A stretch of DNA of 64,000 nucleotides from Eledone cirrhosa (lineage: Eukaryota), in NCBI GenBank assembly GCA_964016885.1, contig OZ024743.1:151962001-152026000 (forward strand), read 5' to 3'. The notes under the pieces are model-generated. The model ran no database searches, had not been told where the DNA came from, and saw only the letters and a program-made list of their open reading frames with translations. A program made the translations under genes and the position numbers. Positions 52,951 to 64,000 of this stretch are shown here, piece by piece; position 1 is the stretch's first letter, and the number at the start of each line of letters is the position of its first letter.

Positions 52951-55873
52951 AGAATGTCTCAAATATTGAATAGCACAAGACATGACATATAGAAAGGAAC
53001 ACAATGATTTCTATTTTAGATATATGTCTATAGGATAAAGAATAGACAATAAAATTAATTAAATATTATTTGCATGTAATTATTTTATTGATCCATAGCA
53101 TAATATAAAGTCAACATCGTCAGGATTTTAATTTAGAACAGTGATATAGCAAACTAAATACTGTAAAGCCTTTATACTTGCAAATGATATGTAACATGTT
53201 TGAAATAGATAATTGAATCAACTCCATGACATAATTAACCCAGATGAATGTAAAACAGAATAACAGCAACAAGATTTAAATAAGAACACACAAGGTTGGG
53301 ATTAAATGTTTTAAGATATCTAGTTTGGCTCTGTACGATTTTCATCCTTTATATATCTATGAAATAGAGAGTGATGAAATCAAATGTGAAGTATAAGCAT
53401 GCCATACATTGATAATAATAGATTTTTCACTAATGTTACTTCGGAAAAACAGGAACTAACTAATATAGTAAGCCTGCTCATAAATATTTTGAAAACAATA
53501 CAATTTAATCACTATTCTGATATGATGGAATCACTTACTGCAATAGTATCTAATTTTAAAACTATGTTTCTAAGGTATAAAATTAATCTAAAATGTGAAT
53601 AAATTTAGTATTTCCTCCTCTGAGGTTGAAAAAAGAAGCACCAAGTGAAGCATTTGGAAATGGAGTTGAACTTAAGTAAAACCGTTGCATGGGGTGTCTC
53701 AGCATGATTGTATGATAATTACTGAAACCAGTGAAATAGTAAAAGAATATTATCTTAAATCTTTGAGGTTTATGTGTGAGAGAGAGAGAGAGAGGCAAGA
53801 AATAGTTCCAAGTATTAATATGTAGATTGGAGAATATTAAAACACCTTCTGGTTTTCGAGACAATGTATGGTTGTCAACAGTACACTGTTTACTCAACTA
53901 TTGCTTAATAAACAGGAAAATCTTCTGTAAATGTGTATAGAAAGTAGTTCTGGTTGAAGATAATTTTAAAATAAAATAAAACTGCTAAGTACCATAGCAT
54001 TAACAAGATGAAATTTCAATATCATTATAGAGAGTATGTGAGAGAGTAAGAGAGAGAAATAATGAAACCAACATTCAATTAAGCATTCAAAATTGAAGAT
54101 TTGGGATATTATTAAATAATCTTTCAATTCTTTTCCCCAGAAACTTAAATTTCAAACCCATACTTTTTTTCAATTGTGAAAGTTGATAATTGTTCCTATT
54201 TCTCATGGGAGAATATATCTTGGCAAATTATTCATTTTCTTTAATATAAGCTTAAATGTCTTGGGGGAAAATTAGAATTGATTAAGAAACAACATGATGG
54301 ATTCTTTTATTATAATAACTAACACACAAACTCTCACACACATAGAGCAAAAGAGATTAAAATTATTCATAGAATGAGAATTGTTATGGTAATCAATAGC
54401 CGAACAAAATAAAATATATTTAATGTAATCAATATATAACCAAATGACAGTTACAATTATTCACAAAGAGTTACATTTACAATGACTTCTAATCAGAATA
54501 ATCCCTTCCTGGTCAGCTCAATTAATATCAAACAGCAATTTAAAACTGCCTCATTCACTTCACTTTATATACAGAATGAAAGTATATTACAACTTCCCAT
54601 TTCTCTCCCCAAATAAATCTGAAGTTTTATCTCTATCTCCCTTTCTCTCCCCTACTCTCATTTTTTCTCTCTGTATATAACAAAAATCGTTAAGTGAAAG
54701 TCAGAATGACATTTATAGAAATCCACAGTGGAATGTACATGCAGTTCTCCCAGTTATGATTGGCCAGATGTATTTCACACACTACTTAATATACTTGATA
54801 AGCATTTCTCTTGCCAACATATTACCAGAAGGGAATTTATAAGTTAGTTCACTGAGAAGAAACAAAACTTCAGAAATAAATAAAAAGTAATAGTGGAAGT
54901 TCAAACAGTAAAAGCTAATCAAATTATTTAATTCAGTTATATTTATTTACAATACCTGATTCAAAGGAAATAAGAAAGACGTTTTAGTCAAATTGAATTA
55001 TCACTGATTAGCTTACAAGGTAAAATAAATATTTGATGACACAGCTCATTTATATTAAAACCTTCTTAAGATATATGAACAAGACTGTTATATAGCAGTT
55101 ATAATGGACACTAGATAAATGGCTTGTACAAAGTTAAGAATCATGTATGAAAGGTCATTTGTAGAACCTACATAAATTACAAAAGAATATGGATGTCTGA
55201 ATTCTTAAAAGATATTCCAAATTTGATTGCATAAAGATTTAGAAAGGTTTCCCCATGTTTAGTAATCAGAGCAAACTTTGCATGTTGAAGTGATGACAAA
55301 GTTTTAAATACCACTCTCTTGACAAAGGTTACAGCAGTATAAATTTAGCAGATAAATTCTTGTTAATGTCAATAGTATATGTGTAACTTACTATGGACCT
55401 ATCAAAATGTAGTGCTGGGAAAGGTTACAAAGAAATTAAAGACGAATATGTAGAAATATGTTAACAGACGTTCTTTATTGAAGTACATTAAATAAAATCA
55501 ATACAAATACTGTGTATTCTTAAGTCAAGTTTATAGATAAATCACCAGAAGAATATCAATGAAACTGATGCTTTAAAAATGCCTATATAAACAGTTTTCC
55601 TTCTATTTTGATGAATGTACCATAAACATGAGAACACTACATTTGCATCAGATATTAGATTCAGATAGTGGTTACATCAGAGTTTCAATACAGTAGGAGG
55701 TACATTTCTTTCAATGTTTGTCAATAGAAAAGAGGCAAATTTGTATGGAAGTAAATGGTTTCAGTTAATAGATTCTTAAAATCCATTACTTGGAAAATTT
55801 TTGTTTTCTCAATGCATTTGACAAATATCACAGTTATTTTTCAAGAATTATTTAAATTTTTCTTTACTGATAT

Positions 55874-55877
<4 letters not shown>

Positions 55878-55966
<89 letters not shown>

Positions 55967-56012
55967 CATATTATATATATATAATATATAATATGTATAT
56001 ATATATATATAC

Positions 56013-56059
<47 letters not shown>

Positions 56060-56083
56060 ATATGTATATATATATATATATAC

Positions 56084-56137
<54 letters not shown>

Positions 56138-56148
56138 CATATACATAT

Positions 56149-56180
<32 letters not shown>

Positions 56181-56350
56181 CATATTATATATTATATATA
56201 TATATATATATATACATACATATATATAGACACATTTTATATATATATATATATGCATACACACACTCACACACATACATATATATATATATACATATTA
56301 TATATGCATATATATATATATATTATTGTTCTATATATATATGTATATAT
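55878..56350. repeat. Compound (TA)n microsatellite
   Basis: Direct inspection. Confidence 0.95.
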
Positions 56351-57823
56351 AGTATATCTATTTGGAAAACAATTTAATTTTTATAAATATTTTAGATAGA
56401 ATTCTGTTACAAAAAGATCATATGTTACAATATACAGCATCCAAAGCAAATTTATAAATGCATGCATACACAACACGAATATAAAGTTGAAGAAAAAATG
56501 TAACTGTTATTTATTTATTCCTTTTATATTACAACAGGTGAACAATAGTATCTTTGGCTAAAGCTTCCTAAAAGGCCACTCATTGCTCCACTCTATTTTT
56601 GACTGCTGACAAAGGATTTTCAATAAATAGAAAGAGAGTATACATCTAAAGAGACTTTTGTTAGTGTTTTCTTTTGTTTTTTTGACACCCAATCATCATC
56701 ATCACCATTTAATGTCCAATTCTCCATGTTGGCATGAGTTGAAGAGGTTGTCTCAGACCAAGTTATTATTTATTCAAAGCTACTATTCTCCCAGATAAAC
56801 AAGTGGCAAAATCTCATGCCATGATTTCTACAACTAGATGCTCTTTTAGCCACTACCCTCTTTATAGAGTGTACCGGATTCATTTTACTGTAGCACAAGT
56901 ACTAGGGAGCCCTTTTTGTCCTATTTTGTTACTGGCTGTGTATCAGTCATTTCATGGAGAGTACCAACTGCACTTTATAGCGGTGGCAATACTAGGAAGT
57001 TAATCTTGTTCCAATGCAGAGGTGTTAGAATGTGTGAGAAAAATGGGAAGATTAATATATGAGAAAGCAGAAAGGCAGAGATGATGAAATAGTAATAGGG
57101 CCAGGTATTTGGGTGAGGGGTGTTGAAGTACAGATTGGTGAATGGTGGCAGTAAAGATTGTAGAGGGCAGTAGAAATGAAAAGACACACACACACACACA
57201 CACACACACAGATATGTGAATACATCTACACTGTTACTTGACTTGTTAAAAATAGCAGATGCTGCATAATTTCAGTTATTGATAACATTTATAGAGTAGA
57301 ATTTAGTACTATAAGTGGTGGATTAAATAGCACTGTATCTATTCCAACTCTCTGGACCATGTGCTCAAATCCCACAGATGTCAACTTTTGCCTTTCAGAG
57401 TCAATAAGCAAAGTATGGGTCCAAGGACAATGGATTGGGGATATTTTTATAGAATTGGATGGGATGCTTCATGGTATTTGTTTCTTGCTTTGTGTGTACT
57501 GAGTGAAAATCCTGTCTTCTATAACTGGAAAGGCAGTGAAATAAACAATTGATTGCATCAGAAATGGAACGATCAATGGGATCATACTTTCCTTGGTCCA
57601 ATCTGATTGATCATCTCCTTTCCCTTTTTTAAACTAATAACAAGATTTTCAATTTATGAATTCCTTGACTATAACATATCAAACAGGAACATCATTGTTG
57701 AATGCTCTAAGCATCTCATACCATACATATATCAACATACTTTACACATGACTTGATCTGTGGAACATTTTCTTTGTCAGCTGACAATTAGAAACTGTAA
57801 TGAATTCACTGACTTCCAGCAGT

Positions 57824-57867
<44 letters not shown>

Positions 57868-58220
57868 TCGTCGACTACTGTCGAGATGATGGATCTCACT
57901 CTCATGCCCCAGAATTCCCTGTCCCCCATCACTGCCCCCAGGTCCTGTCTACTGATTCCCGTATCCCTAGAGATAACGTCAGGGAATGACAGCTTCCTAC
58001 TCCTAGTCAGACTGGAGTCAGGGTTCCAGAGCAAGAGAGCGGATATGATTTCATTGCTGGCACGGTGACAGTGGCCAGCAAATTGAGCTCTCCGGGATTT
58101 TAGAAGGGCAGAGGCTCGAGGGAGTTTGCCATAGATTTTAGACAGCAGTATCACTCACACCAGTGTTGTTGGACTGCTGCCAGGGAATGTCTGAATACTT
58201 TTGGCCTACATCTTAGCATG
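57824..58220 (-). mobile_element. LINE (RTE/RTE-X-like) 3' end with an (ATG)n tail
   Basis: IYGKLP...LKSRRAQFAGHCHR...LLLWNP...MGDREFW. Confidence 0.8.
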
Positions 58221-58326
58221 TTTTTTTTACCTTAATGCTATCCATGCAGTGTAACACCTAACTAGGTACAGCTGCTGTAGGGACTATAACCATCTCACAA
58301 TCACATGTGACTAGATAACAAATAAC

Positions 58327-58512
58327 TGTTTCTACTTTAGGCACAAGGCCAGCAATTACCCAGTGCATTACTGGTACTTTATTTTATCGACCCCGTAAGG
58401 ATGAAAGGCAAAGTCAACCTCGGCGGGATTTGAATTCAGACCGTAAAGGGACGTAACTATGCTGGAAAGCATGGCGTCCGACCCTCTACCGATACTGCCA
58501 ATCCACCGCCCT
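58327..58512 (-). mobile_element. Young tRNA-derived SINE, near-identical to 49786-49969
   Basis: Reverse complement differs at only a few positions. Confidence 0.92.
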
Positions 58513-59206
58513 TAATATAGATAATATAACAATCAATTAACTTCAAATCTATACATGTGATTTATATGAAACGTGACTTTTAAAAACAAAATTGTAAGCA
58601 AGTTGTAGGATTTATGTATTCTGTTAACACAAATTTATAGCTACCATCAAGTGGTAATGATTTCCAATATTAATCATATTTTCACCATTGTAGAAAGTCA
58701 CATCTCTCAATTTCTAACTATAATTGACATCAACATAGATTAAGTTTTCAAAATTGAATAGATGAATTACATCAACTATTACACAAAACCTACATTAATT
58801 TTTTATGTATTTCATGTAAGAATGCATAAACATATATGTGTATATAAAAGTATATCATGAACATCATACCACAGCTTTCCATCATCATCATCATCATCAT
58901 CATCACCATCATAATTTAACATCCATTTATCTATACCTTTGTCTTTAGAATATGTACACCCTATCCTTGCATGTTGTAAGAGGCCAAAATAGATAAATTC
59001 TTGTCAAAGTATAAAATGAACTTTGTGGAATATTTTATTTTGTTTTGAAAAAAAAAGAATCTGGTAGTTAGATTCTGAATTTAGAGCTAACTTAAATATC
59101 TAAAACAATAAAGCAAAATAAACTTCACTCAAAACAAGTATAAGGGTATATTTGATAATATATATGTACCCTTTCATAACTGTATTTCTATTGAAATACA
59201 CTGCTT

Positions 59207-59760
59207 ATAAAGTAGTATAGTTAATACAAAGCATTGTTAGATATGTAATAAAAGACCGACAAGTTTCAAAAAGCCAGTACAATGCGGTAGAAATATATAA
59301 AGGGCAAAAGATGACAAATGAAACAAAACAAAGTAATGTTTTCCCCAGTATATTTCAACATGATATTTCAGGGCTATTACCCACTTTTCAAATATGAAGA
59401 AGAAATAGTTTAAAAGAAAAATAAACGATCAATGTGTTCCTCCTTAACTGTCCTAACTGTCTGAAACATGCGCAAAGTCATTATAGTAGCCAATCTGCTT
59501 CATTCATTTCTGATCTATTATTTATCTGTGCTTTTATACTGGTTGATAATAATGGCCTCTTTGATTCTTAAATTGCCCACATTTCTTTCAATTGCCTCTA
59601 TGGTGCCCTTAATATCTAGGCTGTCACATCTGTTAAGATGATTTTTAACAGAATTCTCATCACTACGTGCTCCTTGATTCATATGTCCAGCATCCGGAGA
59701 ATACTTCTGATGTACAAGTCACATGTAATAAATGTAGCACCTCATTTATCAGAAGTGCAT
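59207..59760 (-). mobile_element. PLE 3' fragment nested in a piggyBac-like MITE
   Basis: Minus strand IKEH...ENSVKNHLNRC...NLRIKEAIIINQYK (GIY-YIG end). MITE halves at 59168-59206 and 59760-59836. Confidence 0.65.
59354..59398 (-). ncRNA. Degenerate minimal hammerhead, U3-A8 variant
   Basis: Minus strand: TTCATAT-TTGAAAA-GT-GGGT(AATA)GCCC-T-GAAA-TA-TC-ATGTTGAA, downstream of the PLE ORF end. Confidence 0.45.
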
Positions 59761-61929
59761 ATAAACATTTTAAAACAAACAGTTCTGTACCATAGAATTA
59801 GGAGTGGTTTCAGATGGTTTGGTATCAAAGGGTTAATAATGGTAAGTATCTATAAATTAACAATACACTGTCCAACATTCACAGGAAATATCTATTACCA
59901 TCAATTTCAAAAGGTTCATATAACCTAAATACTCACATATAAACCAATAAATATGTGACAAAAAAATCGATGGTAAAATGAGGGCAGCAGGTAAATGAAG
60001 TGCTAAAATATTTTTACTTTAGAGGTGAATATTACACCAGGTTCACTTTCGATATGAAATTTGTTTTATGTATTATTTTTTATGTGTTTTGGTTGAATAT
60101 GGCCTTCAAAACGCTCAGAAATTATTTGCATTTTAGTTAACTGAATAAGGGGGCATGCTGGTGCAATATATGTGTGATTGTAAAAATCTACCTAAAGCTT
60201 TAATACTTGTATGACATTAAATTGTTTCCAAAAATGTTAAGGCATGCATTTCATTTGATGTGTATATTAAATAAAAATCTTTTGAATTCAGGAGATGATA
60301 CTATTGTTGTCTGCTAAAAGAAGAAGCAAATTACTCCCAGTATCTGAATAGTTGGAAGTAAACAAAATTTCAAGAAATGTATTGAAACTTTATAAAACAG
60401 ATAAAATGGTAAAAAAAAAATCATTATGTAATCGTGTTGTGAAACACTAAAAATATTTAAAATATCAAAATATAAAAACTTCATAAATATATACTTTACT
60501 CATGAGAATTCCCAAACTACGTCATCTACACATAATTAGCTACCTTTTATACACTTGGTTTGGACATTTGCCCATTTCACAGACATAAAATCGGGTCATC
60601 TTATATTTGACTAAATATGGTAAATACAAATATAAAGGAAACACTATCTCATACATAAAATGACAAAACAGATTTCTTGATTAAAATAAATACAGACATA
60701 TGAATTCATACAAAGTAATATTTATAAGGTGTGTAAAATGACTTCATAATATAAACCTTACTCTAGATATAATTTTCCAGAAATTCAAACAGAAATTTTT
60801 TAAATGATATATCTTGAAAAATGGCATTACTTATGAGACTTTCAGTTTCTAATACATAACACAGACAAACACATATGTACGTAATATAATATATAAAAGT
60901 GTACATAATATATATAAAAGTATATATGAAAATAATAAGATTTTGATTACATAATATTGCAACTTAATCTAAGTACATTGGGAGATGGCAAAAAAAAGGA
61001 AGTCAGTTCTGAAAATGAAGAGATTAGGAAGATGGTAAGATGCTAAGATGCTATCAAGCATTAAAGTAAAACCAAGTATGAAATCAGATGGAAAAAATGG
61101 GATTTTGCCTTCAGTATAAGGAGATGTGAAAACTTTGCATCAATATTCACTCTAGACTGAAACAAAAAACAGAGATGAATTTCAACCACAATAATAGAAA
61201 GGAGACAATGAATAAGAAAAAGAAAAATAAGGAAAGAAGGAGAAAGAAATTAAAAAAAGGAAGATGAAGAAGAAAAATGAAGATATCTGAATAATCAATC
61301 ACAGTACCAATAAGAAGAGACCAGAACTACTAACAATAACAGCTGTAAGAGAATATCTACAGTCAGAGATTATATTGAAAGTGACAAGAGCTGATGTTCA
61401 GGAAAATCTTTGAAATGGATAGAACAAGGTTTTATCTAGAGGCAAGGCAACTGAATAAACAATGAACTAGATGTTTAACACACACACTTTCATTCTTTCA
61501 TACTTATCTTTTGCTGCAGTTTTAGTCGACCAACAGCTTTCTATCTCTCTTCTAAACCTAAGCTTTCAATTAAAATGTTCTCTTTACTTTTTCATATCAC
61601 ATTTCATCCCACTCTTTGTACATCTAGCCATCCTCTCTTATAGGGTAATTTGTTTATTATATAAAATAGGTACACACTGCTGTAAGAAGGAAGAGCATCC
61701 AGCTGTAAAACATTGCTTCAAAACGTCCCACCAAACGCATTCTTGCATAGAAAAGTCAACTTAAAGAGAGGTTGTTATATGCTAGGCCAGATGCAAGAGT
61801 CCTCTCAAACACTTTTTTGTCTCTGTTCAACTTCCAAACATTGTGATCTCGAGTCTCTCATTTTGTTTATTTTAATGACAGTCTTTGAACTGGTTTACAT
61901 TGTTTTTCTTTTTGCATTATGGCAGTCAG

Positions 61930-62670
61930 CTTAGTCCAGAGTCATCTTCATTGTGAGGTTCAGTTTCTTGAGATCAATTTCCACAACATTGTCCCTTGTC
62001 TTCTTTGGTTTCCTTTTGCCACAGATTCTTCCACCTCAAGCACCTGACACTCCTTTTTATACAACTCTCACTCTCCTTATACATCATAAGCCCATACCAG
62101 CACAATCATCTTTCTAGCATACTACATTCAATTCCTCTTATACTCAACCTTTCTATTAGTTTACTTATGTTCTTTCATTCGCATACACTAGCATTATATA
62201 TCCAGTGAATCATGCATATATTCTGCCCTTCACTCTGGGAGAGAAGCCCTTTATTGCCAGCTGGGGTAACAGCTCCATGAACTTCTTCCACCTCATTCTC
62301 ACTCTGGCTATAATACTTTCAGTAAATCTACCTCCTCTACTAATGAGATCATCCAGATAGCAACAACTGTCTACCCTTTCTAACGAGCCTTCTGAATATT
62401 CCAGAGAGTTTATTCCTTGAATAGTCTTACTGTTGATGACTCTTGTGCATGTGCTACATAAAGTCTTCCTTTCCTGTCAGCCTATCTACTCTTTTCTTAA
62501 CATATATCATGGCCATTTAGTTGATGGTAGCAGGGTTTTATTAATTTTTTTACTTATGAAAACTCACACTTGATTCCAGAGTTTGCTTCAATTGTTTTGA
62601 CTATGAGAGCTAGATCATCAGCATATAGAAGCTTCCACAGACAACCAGGTTTGTATTCTTCTGTTATAAC
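61930..62670 (-). mobile_element. Degraded RTE LINE fragment
   Basis: Minus-strand GCLWKLLYADDLALI, a CYLD segment and WYGLMM motifs. Confidence 0.85.
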
Positions 62671-63399
62671 GAGAGTTTCTTACATAAAATAATGATGGAA
62701 GATTTTTTTTTAAATATAAACACTTTAACGTATATATGGCTTATTATCATAGAATCAAGTGCAGTTTTAAGAGATTTGGTATCAAAGAAGTTAAAGATTA
62801 TTCAATGGTTAATCTTTTATATATTTCATAGTTAATTTCACGTGTGCTGTAACAATTTTTAGGCAAAATTATATATGCCCAGATGTCTTTCCTAAACCAA
62901 CCCCATTTGCTTTTAGGTATGCATTTTCACATGTCTAACCATTGAGCAGTGAGATCTCTATTTATACAGAGCATAGATGTATACCACTGCTTTTTATGTC
63001 TAACTCAACAAAAAAATCAAACCAACATCAAACCATACATCGCACACACATATATATGTATGTGTGTACATATGTATGTAAGCATACATGTATATATACA
63101 AAGGGCTTCTTTACAGTTTTCACCTACTAAATTCATTCCTAAGTCATTGGTCAGCCCAAAGCTACAGGAAAGGAGACTTGTCTGATGTGATTTACAGTAG
63201 GTTAGATCCCAAGAACAAGTGGTTGTGAAGCAAACTTAACCACACAGCCTTGCACCTGCTATATTCCTTAAAGTATTAAATTTCCTGTTCATTTGAAGAA
63301 ACCTTTTCCAATTCAATGTCTGTTTTCTTTTTCCTTTTTCTTCTCTGTTTTTGATAAATAACTTACACTTCACCAGAGCTTAGTTGCCCATTCCTCAAT

Positions 63400-63950
63400 C
63401 TGTCTCAGAACACCTATTTAATGGGTTTTATTTCTCTATTTTTATCTGTAAGTCTATCATCAATTGTAATTCTTCTCTATCATTTCCACTTCAACTTATC
63501 TGTAAGTGTCTTTGTTTAGTCAATCAATTCTGGTTTCTTCCCCGTAAAAGAACATTTCAGATCATGCCAGAGAAAGCAAACTCTTTGGATGGATAGTTGT
63601 TTTGGAATTAATAAATAAATCCTGCAGCAATTTGGAAAATTTAGAGTTGACTCAATGGATTGGAATAGAATTGAATTACAATCATAGTCCAGTTGAGTAT
63701 TGCAAATTGCTTTTAACAGTGCACATAGTAAAACGTTTGTTTTTCCATCAAACTCATCATCTTATTTGTACAAACGTATTCAGAATTTATTTACTACAAT
63801 TTTCAGATTGTTACAATTTCCATCAGCATACTCTTCAGTAAGCTGTATGTTCATATCCAACTCATGTAATGCTTCACAAACAGTCACTAACATTTGAGAG
63901 ACATGTTTGTATCAGCAAAAGTTCTGTAATGCATAAAGTATACAACAGGG
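63400..63950 (-). mobile_element. Degraded hAT transposase C-terminal remnant
   Basis: Minus strand FPNCCRIYLLIP...EFAFSGM...GRN..L resembles the hAT dimerisation motif. Confidence 0.45.
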
Positions 63951-64000
63951 AGAAGAATACATTTTACATTTCTTTGTTATCATACATATCAAAACAACAA

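Noticed and set aside
57760-58068. Poly-His ORF
   Set aside because: Antisense reading of a LINE (ATG)n tail.

Overview
AT-rich, CpG-poor eukaryotic DNA dominated by (TA)n, (CA)n and (ATG)n microsatellites and transposon debris. The SINE and LINE repertoire suggests an octopus or other coleoid cephalopod (inference), and the window is probably intronic or intergenic. No convincing host CDS was found, only a few weak minus-strand exon candidates. Recognisable elements: a nearly intact Neptune-type Penelope-like element (PLE; RT plus C-terminal GIY-YIG) at 1-2945; several other PLE fragments; many RTE-type LINE copies, one family with a PHD-like finger inside the RT; two tRNA-derived SINE families; a complete-ended non-autonomous Helitron; mariner and hAT remnants; and piggyBac-like MITEs. 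The main hidden signal is about eleven type I hammerhead ribozyme (HHR) motifs, seven of them in the first 10.2 kb. Several lie in small, ORF-less, fold-back elements embedded in (TA)n tracts. Two copies of one family (9788-10168 and 17205-17531) share the same inner end, and each copy's two arms carry the same copy-specific variant. All ribozyme calls come from manual folding and are not experimentally validated.
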